Assembly: GCA_963717505.1 (NCBI GenBank) | Contig: OY970342.1 | Coordinates: forward strand, 576,001-640,000 | Origin: Candidatus Eiseniibacteriota bacterium | GTDB lineage: Bacteria > Eisenbacteria > RBG-16-71-46 | Reading direction: 5' to 3' | DNA: 64,000 nucleotides | Part shown: piece after piece, positions 48,937-58,480 of the stretch | Layout: each line of letters begins with the position of its first letter | Position numbering within the stretch: position 1 is the first letter of the stretch | Program-made: the position numbers and the translations under genes | Notes under the pieces: generated by a model | Database searches by the model: none | Seen by the model: only the letters and a program-made list of their open reading frames with translations | What the model was told of the DNA's origin: nothing

Positions 48937-51900
48937 CTACTCGAGAATCACGAACCTCCCCTGCCGGACACCATCTGCCGACTCGATGCGATAGAAGTAG
49001 ACGCCGGCCGCGATCGGCTCCCCACGCGCGTCGCGCCGCTCGATCATCAGGTGATGCGTCCCCGCCTGCGCTTCCGGATCGTGCACCAGGGATCGCACGC
49101 GGCGTCCATTCACGTCGTAGATTCCGACCTTGAGGAGCCCGGATTCCGCCAGCGACCACGACAGCGTCGCGCGTTCGCGAATCGGATTGGGGAACATGGT
49201 CGGCCGCTCGAGCACGTAACTGCCACCGGCCGCGAAGCGTTCGGCGGCCGGGATCGTCTGCGGATAGCGGATTGAAAGGTCGTCCACCATGAACGAGGTG
49301 CCGGGAGTCGAAGGATCGCACTCGATGCGCAGGTCGAACGACGATCCGGCCGCTTCGGAGACGCGCTCGACGACGACTTGCTGCCAGTCGTTGGTGAGCA
49401 GCAGCTCGCCGGACAGCGTGGAGCTGCCGACTTTGACGTTCTGGACGTATTCGTTCACTCGCAGCACGCCCTTGCCGGCGCCGGTCACCGCTCGCATCCA
49501 GCACGTGAAGCGGAAACGCTCGCCCGAGTTGGTGCCGGTGTACGCGACCCAGTTCGGATAGTCGTTGACGCCGAAGGTGGTGGCGGGGTCCGGCGAATGC
49601 ACCAGGAGGGCGCCCGGCGACGACGATCGCCCGGGTGAGGTCCACTCGCGCCATCCGCCCCGGTGCTCGCGCCATCGCGAGATATTGTTCGCATCGAAGT
49701 CGACGAGCATGGTGCGCGGATCGGGCGGCGCCGCGGCCACCCGAATTCGAGCGGTCGCGATTCCATCCACCTGGCTGCGGGCTCGGAACGTGACGGAGTA
49801 GTCCCACGCCGCGTCCTCCGGCTGCGGCGTCCAGAGGAGCACGCCGCGCGAGAAATCAGGTTCAGCCGTGAACGTCGCGTCGCTCAGCATCGGCAGCCCC
49901 GAGAGATCGGCCTCGAACGCCACGAGCGGAGGTCCACCGCTCGCCGCCGCGGTCACCACGATCTCGACGGGCGTGCCGACCGTCGCCTCGACCAGCTCCG
50001 GCGAGGTCACCAACGGGCCAACACCCTGTTCCCGAATCGAAATATCGTCTACCAGCACCTCGGCATCCGATACCGATGGATCGAAGATGAACTGGAAGTC
50101 GAGCGAGGTGCCTGCCTCGAGGCTCGTGACTTCGCACGACATTCGTTGCCATTGGGGAGTGAGGGAAACCTGCGGCGAAGTCGCGGTCTGCAGGCTGGTC
50201 TCGCCCTGGTACTCCTTGACGCGCAGCCGCGCGCTGACACCAGCGGGCGCCTTGATCCATGCCTTGAACCTGTAGACGCTGCCGGCACTTGGGGTCGAGG
50301 CCACGTGGTTCGGCCGGTCGTTGAGGTCGAAGCGATGGAACGAGGTAGCAGGGCGAACTCTCATCGCAAAGTCACCGGTGCGCGCGCGCGAGGACCGATC
50401 AACAGTGGCCTCCACCGGGCGCCAGGCGACCACCGAATGTTCGAACGACGGATCCGCGACCAGATTCGGTCCTTCCATGATCGCGGGTGCACCGACCTGG
50501 AAGATCTCGATGGATGTCGCGGTGCCGCCGGGGGACACGACGGCGATCGGCCCGTCCACGGCGCCGGCGGGCACCGTCGCCAGGATGTGTTCGTCGCTCT
50601 CGACCTCGAACGCCGCCTCCACCGCGCCGAATCGCACCGAGGTCACACCAGTGAAATGTTGGCCTGCGATCGACACCGGACGTCCCGGGAGATCTCGCGT
50701 GGGCTCGAATAGGGATATCTCGGGCAGGACGGGCCCGGGGACGGACTGCCAGAACGCGACGGCGCTGTGGAGCGGCACCGTCAGCACCGGGTCATTGCCC
50801 CGCTCGGGGGGCTGGAACAACTGGATCTCGTCGAGCGTGATCTGCCTCGGCACGTCGCAGCCCGAGCACGCTCCCGAGCCTACAGTCTTGCTACGCATCA
50901 GACGAACCTTGAACGCGTAGTACTCGAGGTCGGCATTCACCGGCCCCCGGTTCTCGAAGGGAACCGCCATCTGGACGCGGAGGCGCGACGTCGTCGCGTC
51001 GCCCCAGCTGACATCGTAGGCAAACCCGCCCGCGGCCGTGCCGTGCCAGAAGTCCTCGCACGCCACACCCCAGCCATCGAACGACGTCGCGAGCCCATTG
51101 AAGCCCCGGCACAAACCGGCGCCGAATTGCCACCAGTCGGGCAGCGCATCACCCGTGATGCGCAGCGTAGCCGAAAGACCGAGGAACTCGACCAGTCCAG
51201 GAGGCGGCGCGAACGATGCGACCAGCGAGAACGGGTCGCCAGTGTTCGTGTCGCAGGCGAAACTCTGGACGGAGGTCCCGGCGGCCCCGCAGTCGTTCCA
51301 CGCCACGTTGATCCCGCCATTGAGGAACTCGCCGACCAGAAACTCTTGGCTCGAGGTGCCGGTGCCCGCAGCATTGGCCACCGAGACTGGGCCCGAAGTC
51401 GCACCGTAGGGAACGGTCGCGCGGATCGCCTCGCCGGAGATGGCGGCGAATACCGCCGGAACGCCGTTGAACTGAACCTCGGTCGCTCCCGCGAAATTGT
51501 AGCCGCGGATCTCGATCTCGGTCCCAGCCTGAGCGTACGCGGGAGCGAATCCGGTCACGACCGGAGGCGCCGTGAAGGATTCGATACTGGTTGCCGTGCC
51601 GAACAGCGTCGTGACTACGATCGGCCCGGTTCTCGCACCTTGGGGAACTACGGCATCGATTCGCGAGTCAGAGACCACCGCGAACATCGCCGGCGTTCCA
51701 CCGAACGCGACCGCCGTGGCGCCGGTGAACCTCGCACCTTCGATCACCACCGGAGTTCCGATCACCGCGGCCTGCGGAGAGAACGACGACACGACCGGTG
51801 GTGACCCGATCGCCAGTGCCGTCGCCGACGTGGTGAAGCCGGCCGGATTCTCGACTCGGATCAGACCGGTCACCGCCGAGCCCGGCACCTCGAAGCTCAG

Positions 51901-53910
51901 CTCACTGTCGGAGACCACGTTGAAGGCAGCTGGGACGTTTCCGACGCGGACGCCGGTGGCACTCGCCAGATTGAAACCTTGGACCAGGACCGTGTTGCCT
52001 GGAGACGCCGTTCCCGGTTGAAAGCCGGTGATCACGGGCGCGGCCGTGAACGAGTTGGAGCTCGAAGCCACTCCGAGGTCCGTGTGCACCTCGATCGGCC
52101 CACTGCGTGCAGCCGCCGGAACCGTCGCGTCGATGCGCGTGGCGGAAACCACCGCATAGGTCGCGACCACCCCTCCGAAGCGCACCGACTGCACGTTGGT
52201 GAAGCCGGTTCCTTCGAGAACAACGAGGGTGCCTGCCGCCCCCACCTGCGGAGCGAAGGATGCGAGAGTCGGAGGCAAGCCGATCAGCAACGAGGTCCCG
52301 GTGGCCACGGTTCCGGCCGGGTTCTCGATCTCGATCGGCCCGGCGATCGCGCCCGGCGGCACGATCATGTCCACCTGAAGATCCGAGCCGATCTTGAACT
52401 CGGCGGCAATCCCACCCAGGCGCACCGCTGTCGTCGTCGCTAGATTGAAGCCCGTGATGCGAACAACACCACCAGCGACCGCGATGCCCGGCGCGAAGCT
52501 GGAGATCACCGCCGGCGCGGTGAAGGCGCCCGGGCTGAGGGTCGTCCCGAAATCGGTCCTCACCGTGATTGGTCCGCTATGCGCGAGGTCCGGCACGATC
52601 GCCTCGATCCGCGTATCAGAGGCGACTACCGCTACCGCCGGGACGCCGCCAAAGCGCACCCACTGCATGGTGGTGAACCCTCGCCCCTCGATCACGACCT
52701 CAGATCCGAACGGACCTGCCACAGGCGCGAAGGAGGTCACCACAGGTGCGACACTCTGCACGACGATGAATGCGCTCGACGTCGCGGTCGTTCCCGCCGG
52801 ATTCGTGACGGCGATCGGGCCCGACGACGCTGCGGCCGGCACCGTTATCCTGATGTCCGTGTCGGAGAGAATCGTCGCGTTAACCGCGGCTCCGGTGAAG
52901 CTGACTGCGGTGACATTGGCGAGATTGAATCCGGTGATCGTGACCACGGTGCCCGTTCTGCCGCTGGCAGGCGCGAACATCGAGATCAGCGGCGGCGCCG
53001 TGAACAAGATCGCGCTCGTCACTGTTCCCTCCGGGGTCGACACCACGATCGGCCCGCTGCGCGGTACGGCGGGCACGACCGCGTTGATCGCCTGGTCCGA
53101 CTCGACTGCGAACGTGCACTCGATCCCTCCGATGCGCACCGCAGTAGCCTGCCCCAGGCCCGTGCCTTCGATGCGCACCGGCGTTCCCGCCGCGCCTACT
53201 AATGGGGAGAAGTGGCTGATTGTCGGCAGCGTCACCCGATCCTGCCAGAGGGCCACGTTCCGATGGACGGGCGCCGTCAGGATCGGGTCGTTGTTCTGCT
53301 CGGGGGGCTGGAACAACGTGATGTGCTCGAGCGCGATCCCGACGGGTGCATCACAGCCGATGCATTCCCCCGGCGAGGTCGACTTGTTGCGCTGCAGGCG
53401 AACCGTGAACGCGTAGTACTCGCTGGCTGGATCCAGCGGTCCCCTGTCCTCGAAGGGCAGCGCCGCCTGGATCCGCAGCTGGGCGGTATTGGGGCCGGAG
53501 TACCCGACCTCATACACGAATCCACCGACACCCCTGCCCTGCCAGAAGTCCCTGCAGGCGTCACCGGGCGCCTCGAACGACACTGAAAGACCGGTCGAGC
53601 CGCGACAGGAGCCGTTGCCGTGCTTCCACCAATCGGGAAGCACGGGACCAGCGATCCGCATGCCGGCCGACAGGCCGAGATACTCCGTGACCCCGGCGGG
53701 CGGCACGAACGACGCCACCAGTGAAAACGGTTCGCCCGTGTTCGAATCGCAGGCAAACGTCTTGATTTCAGCGCCCGCGGCGCCGCATTCATCCCAGGAA
53801 AGGTTGATGCCGGCAGCGTGGGTGGTCGCGGGAACGGCGAGGCAAATCAGGATTCCAGCACGGAGGACGCGGGGAACGAATGCGGGAACCCATGAGAGCT
53901 GCGTCCTCAT
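48937..53910 (-). CDS. Large secreted protein: two Cys-rich domains, nine IPT/TIG repeats, two CBM4/9-like modules, Ig-like domain and FlgD/T9SS-type CTD
   Basis: AAGGAG RBS and signal peptide; P.I..F.P..G..G..V.I.G repeats; NLVADPSFE; C-terminal FPNP...IYDVNGRRVRSL...G..AAGVYFYR. Confidence 0.88.
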   Translation of the reverse strand: MRTQLSWVPAFVPRVLRAGILICLAVPATTHAAGINLSWDECGAAGAEIKTFACDSNTGEPFSLVASFVPPAGVTEYLGLSAGMRIAGPVLPDWWKHGNGSCRGSTGLSVSFEAPGDACRDFWQGRGVGGFVYEVGYSGPNTAQLRIQAALPFEDRGPLDPASEYYAFTVRLQRNKSTSPGECIGCDAPVGIALEHITLFQPPEQNNDPILTAPVHRNVALWQDRVTLPTISHFSPLVGAAGTPVRIEGTGLGQATAVRIGGIECTFAVESDQAINAVVPAVPRSGPIVVSTPEGTVTSAILFTAPPLISMFAPASGRTGTVVTITGFNLANVTAVSFTGAAVNATILSDTDIRITVPAAASSGPIAVTNPAGTTATSSAFIVVQSVAPVVTSFAPVAGPFGSEVVIEGRGFTTMQWVRFGGVPAVAVVASDTRIEAIVPDLAHSGPITVRTDFGTTLSPGAFTAPAVISSFAPGIAVAGGVVRITGFNLATTTAVRLGGIAAEFKIGSDLQVDMIVPPGAIAGPIEIENPAGTVATGTSLLIGLPPTLASFAPQVGAAGTLVVLEGTGFTNVQSVRFGGVVATYAVVSATRIDATVPAAARSGPIEVHTDLGVASSSNSFTAAPVITGFQPGTASPGNTVLVQGFNLASATGVRVGNVPAAFNVVSDSELSFEVPGSAVTGLIRVENPAGFTTSATALAIGSPPVVSSFSPQAAVIGTPVVIEGARFTGATAVAFGGTPAMFAVVSDSRIDAVVPQGARTGPIVVTTLFGTATSIESFTAPPVVTGFAPAYAQAGTEIEIRGYNFAGATEVQFNGVPAVFAAISGEAIRATVPYGATSGPVSVANAAGTGTSSQEFLVGEFLNGGINVAWNDCGAAGTSVQSFACDTNTGDPFSLVASFAPPPGLVEFLGLSATLRITGDALPDWWQFGAGLCRGFNGLATSFDGWGVACEDFWHGTAAGGFAYDVSWGDATTSRLRVQMAVPFENRGPVNADLEYYAFKVRLMRSKTVGSGACSGCDVPRQITLDEIQLFQPPERGNDPVLTVPLHSAVAFWQSVPGPVLPEISLFEPTRDLPGRPVSIAGQHFTGVTSVRFGAVEAAFEVESDEHILATVPAGAVDGPIAVVSPGGTATSIEIFQVGAPAIMEGPNLVADPSFEHSVVAWRPVEATVDRSSRARTGDFAMRVRPATSFHRFDLNDRPNHVASTPSAGSVYRFKAWIKAPAGVSARLRVKEYQGETSLQTATSPQVSLTPQWQRMSCEVTSLEAGTSLDFQFIFDPSVSDAEVLVDDISIREQGVGPLVTSPELVEATVGTPVEIVVTAAASGGPPLVAFEADLSGLPMLSDATFTAEPDFSRGVLLWTPQPEDAAWDYSVTFRARSQVDGIATARIRVAAAPPDPRTMLVDFDANNISRWREHRGGWREWTSPGRSSSPGALLVHSPDPATTFGVNDYPNWVAYTGTNSGERFRFTCWMRAVTGAGKGVLRVNEYVQNVKVGSSTLSGELLLTNDWQQVVVERVSEAAGSSFDLRIECDPSTPGTSFMVDDLSIRYPQTIPAAERFAAGGSYVLERPTMFPNPIRERATLSWSLAESGLLKVGIYDVNGRRVRSLVHDPEAQAGTHHLMIERRDARGEPIAAGVYFYRIESADGVRQGRFVILE

Positions 53911-54122
53911 GGCTCGTCTCCTTGCGGGGGGGTCGGCCCGATCAGTGCATTCCCGGTGCCAACGTCCACTCTATTCCGATAGGACGGCGGCCTCTAGTCA
54001 ATTGTGGCGATGGCTTCAGACGTCGGCTCAGGGCCAGGCAGGCCCCTGCGATGACTGAAGCGTCGACATTGCCGACACTTTGGGGCGCTGGGCCGGCGCC
54101 CGAGAAGTGATCGGCCGCCGAC

Positions 54123-54464
54123 TCAACTCCCCCGATAAGTGCTGTACCCCCACGGGCTCACCAGCAGCGGCACGTGATAGTTCTGCGCGCCACTTCCGAC
54201 TTCGAACGTGACCGCGATCTCGGGGTAGAACGTGGGCACGCCCCGGCCGTGAAAGTAGGGGCGAGTCGCGAACGTCAGCCGGTAGAGACCGTTGGCTAGG
54301 TTCGCGCCCTCGGCAATGAAGTCGCGCACCCGCCCATCGTCGTCGGTCGTTCGCTCGGCGACGTTCATCCATCCGCTGCCCTCGAGACGGTCGAGGCGCA
54401 CGCTCATGGCGGCGGCAGGCCGCCCGGCCGCCAGGTCCAGAACATGGGTGGTGATTCCGCTCAT
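54123..54464 (-). CDS. uraH: 5-hydroxyisourate hydrolase
   Basis: ITTHVLD, DGR, FYP and YHVPLL.SPWGYSTYRGS motifs. Confidence 0.96.
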   Translation of the reverse strand: MSGITTHVLDLAAGRPAAAMSVRLDRLEGSGWMNVAERTTDDDGRVRDFIAEGANLANGLYRLTFATRPYFHGRGVPTFYPEIAVTFEVGSGAQNYHVPLLVSPWGYSTYRGS

Positions 54465-54492
54465 TCACTCCTCCACGGAAGCCGGCGGCCGT

Positions 54493-54999
54493 TCACTCCG
54501 CCAGCAGTTTCTCCAATCGCAATCGCGTGATCATACGTTGCTCGCGGGCTGCGTTCTCGAGCTCGGGGCCGGGATCGTTGCCCAGACGGCGTTCGAGCAT
54601 CGCGAGCATCTCGGCGGCGCTCTTGCCGGTCGCGCAGACGATGAAGATGTAGCCGAAGCGCTCCTCATAGTCACGATTTCCGCGGGCGAGCGCGGCGAGG
54701 GTTTCGTCCGAGGCCGCTGCGGTGCCGCGTTGCTCGTCGCCGGCCCAGGCCGCGGTCGTCGCGAAACGTTGGCGCAAAGCATCGACGTCGCCGATGCGTG
54801 GATGATGCGCGAACGCCTCGCGCCAGTCGTCAGGTCCGAGGGAATCGGCCGCTCGATCGGCAGTCGCGATTAGGCGCGCGTGGTCGGAGTAGGGCCTGCC
54901 CGCGCACATACGCTCGACCCAGGCGCCTGCGCCGCAGCAGCGCTCGAATGCCGCGCGCGCTTCGGCTATCGGCATTCGATTGAGATCGTCCAGGGTCAC
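54493..54999 (-). CDS. uraD: OHCU decarboxylase
   Basis: EAFAHHPRIG, EQ, YEERFGYIFIVCATGK and EQ.MIT.LRL motifs; GTG start at 54999. Confidence 0.92.
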   Translation of the reverse strand: MTLDDLNRMPIAEARAAFERCCGAGAWVERMCAGRPYSDHARLIATADRAADSLGPDDWREAFAHHPRIGDVDALRQRFATTAAWAGDEQRGTAAASDETLAALARGNRDYEERFGYIFIVCATGKSAAEMLAMLERRLGNDPGPELENAAREQRMITRLRLEKLLAE

Positions 55000-55100
55000 G
55001 CCGGCATGGTCGCCGTGGCGGCGCCTGGAGGCAAGCGCACGGCGCGCCGGCGCAGGACGCGTCCTTGCGCGCGCGGCGCGCGCCCCTACAATGCGCCGCC

Positions 55101-56102
55101 ATGCGCGACGTGCAGCCGGCTCCCGAATTCGCAGGCCTCGCCAATCTCGCCGACGAGCGCCTGGGTGCGCGCGCGCTGGCCGCAAACGACGACTTCTTCG
55201 CGGGCAAGGAGAACCTGGTGAAGCCCGGCGCCGCGGTGTTCGACGTCGACCGCTACACCGACCGCGGCAAATGGATGGACGGCTGGGAGTCGCGGCGCAA
55301 GCGCGTCCCGGGCCACGACTGGTGCGTCGTGCGACTCGGGCTCCCGGGCGTGATCCGCGGCGTCGACATCGACACCAGCCACTTCCTCGGCAACCACCCG
55401 CCACACGCTTCGCTCGACGCGGCCGTGCTCGAACGCGACGATGCCTCGGGGCTCGAGCGCGCCGCGTGGTCCGAAGTGCTGACACGTGTGGCGCTCGCGC
55501 CTGGTGCGCACAATCCGTACTCGATCGGCCACGCGGGCCGGTGGACCCACGTCCGGCTCAACATCTTTCCCGACGGCGGGGTCGCGCGCTTGCGCGTGTA
55601 TGGAACGTCGGAGCCCGATTGGGCGCGCGTGCCGAAGGGTGAGACCCACGACCTCGCGTCGATCACCCGCGGTGGCAGCATCGTCACCGCGAGCGACATG
55701 TTCTTCGGCGCCCCCGGCAACCTGCTCATGCCGTGGGTCGCCGAGAGCATGCGCGACGGCTGGGAAACCCGACGGCGACGAAGGCCCGGCCACGACTGGG
55801 TGATCGTCCGCCTCGGACGCCCGGCGCGCATTCGTCGCATCGAGGTCGACACCAAGCACTACAAAGGGAACTACCCGGATCAGTGCTCGATCGACGCCGC
55901 CCTGGCGCCCGAGGCGAGCGTCGAAGCACTGACCGGCGAAAAGGCGTGGCGGCCGCTGCTGGCCAAGACCAAGCTGGGCGCCGACGCCAACCATGCGTTC
56001 GAGCGCGAGCTGTCGGATGCCGGTGTCGTGAGCCACGTGCGGCTCAACATCCATCCGGATGGCGGCGTCAGCCGGCTACGGGTGTTCGGCGCGGTGGAAT
56101 AG
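55101..56102 (+). CDS. alc: Allantoicase
   Basis: GKWMDGWESRRKR, DTSHF.GN and IFPDGGVARLRVYG, with a second repeat DGWETRRRR...PDGGVSRLR. Confidence 0.95.
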   Translation: MRDVQPAPEFAGLANLADERLGARALAANDDFFAGKENLVKPGAAVFDVDRYTDRGKWMDGWESRRKRVPGHDWCVVRLGLPGVIRGVDIDTSHFLGNHPPHASLDAAVLERDDASGLERAAWSEVLTRVALAPGAHNPYSIGHAGRWTHVRLNIFPDGGVARLRVYGTSEPDWARVPKGETHDLASITRGGSIVTASDMFFGAPGNLLMPWVAESMRDGWETRRRRRPGHDWVIVRLGRPARIRRIEVDTKHYKGNYPDQCSIDAALAPEASVEALTGEKAWRPLLAKTKLGADANHAFERELSDAGVVSHVRLNIHPDGGVSRLRVFGAVE

Positions 56103-56152
56103 CGACCCCTCGACCCGCGCGATCGAGGCGGGGCCACGAATGCTGAAAGACG

Positions 56153-56698
56153 CTAGCCAGATGAGATCCGGCGATGCAGCTCACCGGCATACGCGCGCAG
56201 ATCGTTCCAGTCCGTGTACTCGTAGTCGCGCGAGGTGTCGAGGTCGCCGCCGGCCTTGGCGACGATGCGTCGCATGACCCAACGCTTGAGCAGGTTGTAC
56301 TGCGTGTACTTGAGCGCGCCGGCGACCCACTTCACTTCCTTCGGTTGCCAGCCGGTTTCCGTCCGAAAGCCTTCGAGGATTGCCTCGAGGTCGGCCATGA
56401 CCTTGGGATCCTTTTGCAGAATGCCGAGACAGACCGACAGAAACACGTTCGGTTTGGCGTTCAGCTCGGCCACGCGTCCACGCACCCAGCGGCGAACACT
56501 CTTCTGATAGCCGCCGGCGTGGACCGACGCCGCGACCACCACCAGAGCGTAGGCGCTGGGCCGTGCGTCGGACGCAGGCCCGCGCGCGTCGGCAACGTCG
56601 ACCTCGACGCCGAGAGCCCGCAGGGAGTCACCCAGGAAGCGGGCGATCTTGCCGGTCTGGCCGTCGGACGTTCCGTAGTAGATCAGGACCTTCGCCAC
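56153..56698 (-). CDS. hemG: HemG-like long-chain flavodoxin (protoporphyrinogen oxidase family)
   Basis: YGTSDGQT.KIA, ASVH.G, FLSVCL, AGAL.Y..Y and DYEYTDW motifs. Confidence 0.75.
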   Translation of the reverse strand: MAKVLIYYGTSDGQTGKIARFLGDSLRALGVEVDVADARGPASDARPSAYALVVVAASVHAGGYQKSVRRWVRGRVAELNAKPNVFLSVCLGILQKDPKVMADLEAILEGFRTETGWQPKEVKWVAGALKYTQYNLLKRWVMRRIVAKAGGDLDTSRDYEYTDWNDLRAYAGELHRRISSG

Positions 56699-56745
56699 GT
56701 GCCCTCCCCACGCGAATGACTTCTATCTTCCGATCCCGACGCGGA

Positions 56746-58137
56746 TCATACGACCTGGCCCGCGGCATCGCCGGCCGGAACACCGCCCTCGACGATCCGC
56801 TCACCGCGCAGGTACACGTCGACCACCTTGCCGGTCAACACCCGACCGGCGTACGGCGTGAACTTGTGTCGCTGCTGGAGTCGTTCGGCGTCCACGGTCC
56901 ACGTTCGATCCGGGTCGAACACCACGAGGTCGGCATCGTGGCCGACTGCGAGTGCTCCCTTGCGACCCTCGAGCCCGGCGAGTCGCGCCGGCGCGGCACT
57001 CATCCAGCGCGCGAGATCGTCCGGACCGGCGCCGCGACCACGGCCTCGGCTCCACACCGCCGCGAGCCCGACTTCGAGCGAGGCAATTCCGCCCCAGGCC
57101 GCCACGAAGTCACCCTCGTCGCGCCGCTTGAGCGCCGGCGGACACGGCGAATGGTCGCTGGCGATCAGGTCCAGCGTGCCGTCGGCCAGCGCGCCCCAGA
57201 GTGCCTCCTGATCGGATCGAGAGCGAATCGGCGGCGCGCACTTGAACTCGGTCGCGCCGTCGGGAATCTCCTCGGCGGCAAAGCATAGGTAGTGCGGGCA
57301 GGTTTCGGCAGTGATACGCGCGCCGCGCGTCCGCGCGGCGCGCAGGTCGGCCAGCGCCTCGCCGGTCGCGAGGTGAACGATGTGCACGTGGCATTGATGG
57401 CGCTCGGCGAGCCGGATCATCAGCCGGATCGCCTCGACCTCGGCAACGGGCGGGCGGCTCGCAAGCCACGTGGCGTAGCGTCGTGGATCGCCGCGCTGGG
57501 TGCCGGTCACCGCCTCGATCGGACCCGGAAGCTCCGCGTGGACCAGCAGGGGTAGCCCCAACCGCGAGATCACCGGCATGGCGTTCTCGAGATCGGATTC
57601 ACCGACCCACCCGAACTCGTCGACGCCCGAGGGCACCAGAAAGCACTTGAAGCCGCGGACTCCGGCGCGCGCCAAGGGCTCCAGCTCGGCGGTGTTGCCG
57701 GGAACGACGCCTCCCCAGAAGGCGACGTCGACCGCGCACTGGCCGCGGGCGGCTGCGCGCTTCTGCTCGAGGGCCGCTGCGGTCGTGGTCGCCGGAACGG
57801 AGTTGAGCGGCATGTCGACCAGGGTCGTGACTCCGCCGGCCGCCGCCGCTCGGGTCGCGGTCGCGAATCCCTCCCACTCGGCGCGACCTGGTTCGTCCAC
57901 GTGGACGTGGCTGTCGACCAGGCCGGGGAGAATCCAGAGATCTCCGGCGTCGACGGCAGCAAGGTCGCGAGAGGCGTCAGGGCGAGCGGCGGAACCTGGC
58001 TGGGGGGCGACGGCGCCGCTGCCCTCGGGGTAAGGCTCGATCGCGGCAATCCGGCCATCGCGCACGACTACGGTGGCTGGCCGAGGGCCCTCGGGCAGGA
58101 CGACGTGCCGGGACCGAATTGAGAGGTTGCCGCGCAT
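56746..58137 (-). CDS. allB: Allantoinase
   Basis: PGLVDSHVH..EPGR.EWEGF, DMPLNS.P, FKCFL..SGVDEF, FKCAPPIR, SDHSPCP and AWGGI motifs. Confidence 0.94.
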   Translation of the reverse strand: MRGNLSIRSRHVVLPEGPRPATVVVRDGRIAAIEPYPEGSGAVAPQPGSAARPDASRDLAAVDAGDLWILPGLVDSHVHVDEPGRAEWEGFATATRAAAAGGVTTLVDMPLNSVPATTTAAALEQKRAAARGQCAVDVAFWGGVVPGNTAELEPLARAGVRGFKCFLVPSGVDEFGWVGESDLENAMPVISRLGLPLLVHAELPGPIEAVTGTQRGDPRRYATWLASRPPVAEVEAIRLMIRLAERHQCHVHIVHLATGEALADLRAARTRGARITAETCPHYLCFAAEEIPDGATEFKCAPPIRSRSDQEALWGALADGTLDLIASDHSPCPPALKRRDEGDFVAAWGGIASLEVGLAAVWSRGRGRGAGPDDLARWMSAAPARLAGLEGRKGALAVGHDADLVVFDPDRTWTVDAERLQQRHKFTPYAGRVLTGKVVDVYLRGERIVEGGVPAGDAAGQVV

Positions 58138-58280
58138 CGGTCCGGGAATCTATCCTTCCCGGCGCCTGAACCCGGAACGACTTCGCGTTCGGGGAAAAAA
58201 AGCGAGCGACCCGCCTGGCCGCCAAGCTCCCGCATGGCTTTGCGTACAGAACGGATCGCTCAACCTGTCTCAGTAACATG

Positions 58281-58295
58281 GCAAGGCACGGGCCA
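58281..58295 (-). promoter_or_regulatory. Candidate sigma54 promoter upstream of allB
   Basis: TGGCCCGTGCCTTGC with exact -24/-12 spacing. Confidence 0.45.
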
Positions 58296-58480
58296 ACACG
58301 TGACGCGCGACTGCAACCGTTAGCCCGGCAATGGATTGACCGATGAACACCCGCTCGGCGAGCGGCGGCAGTCGAGCCCGGGTAGGAAAAAGCGTAAGCC
58401 TGCGGCTACAGTCTGGGGTCGCAAAACTGCCTCGATGTCGGCTCGGCCGACGCCCACTCATCCTCAAGGAGATCCCGAAG

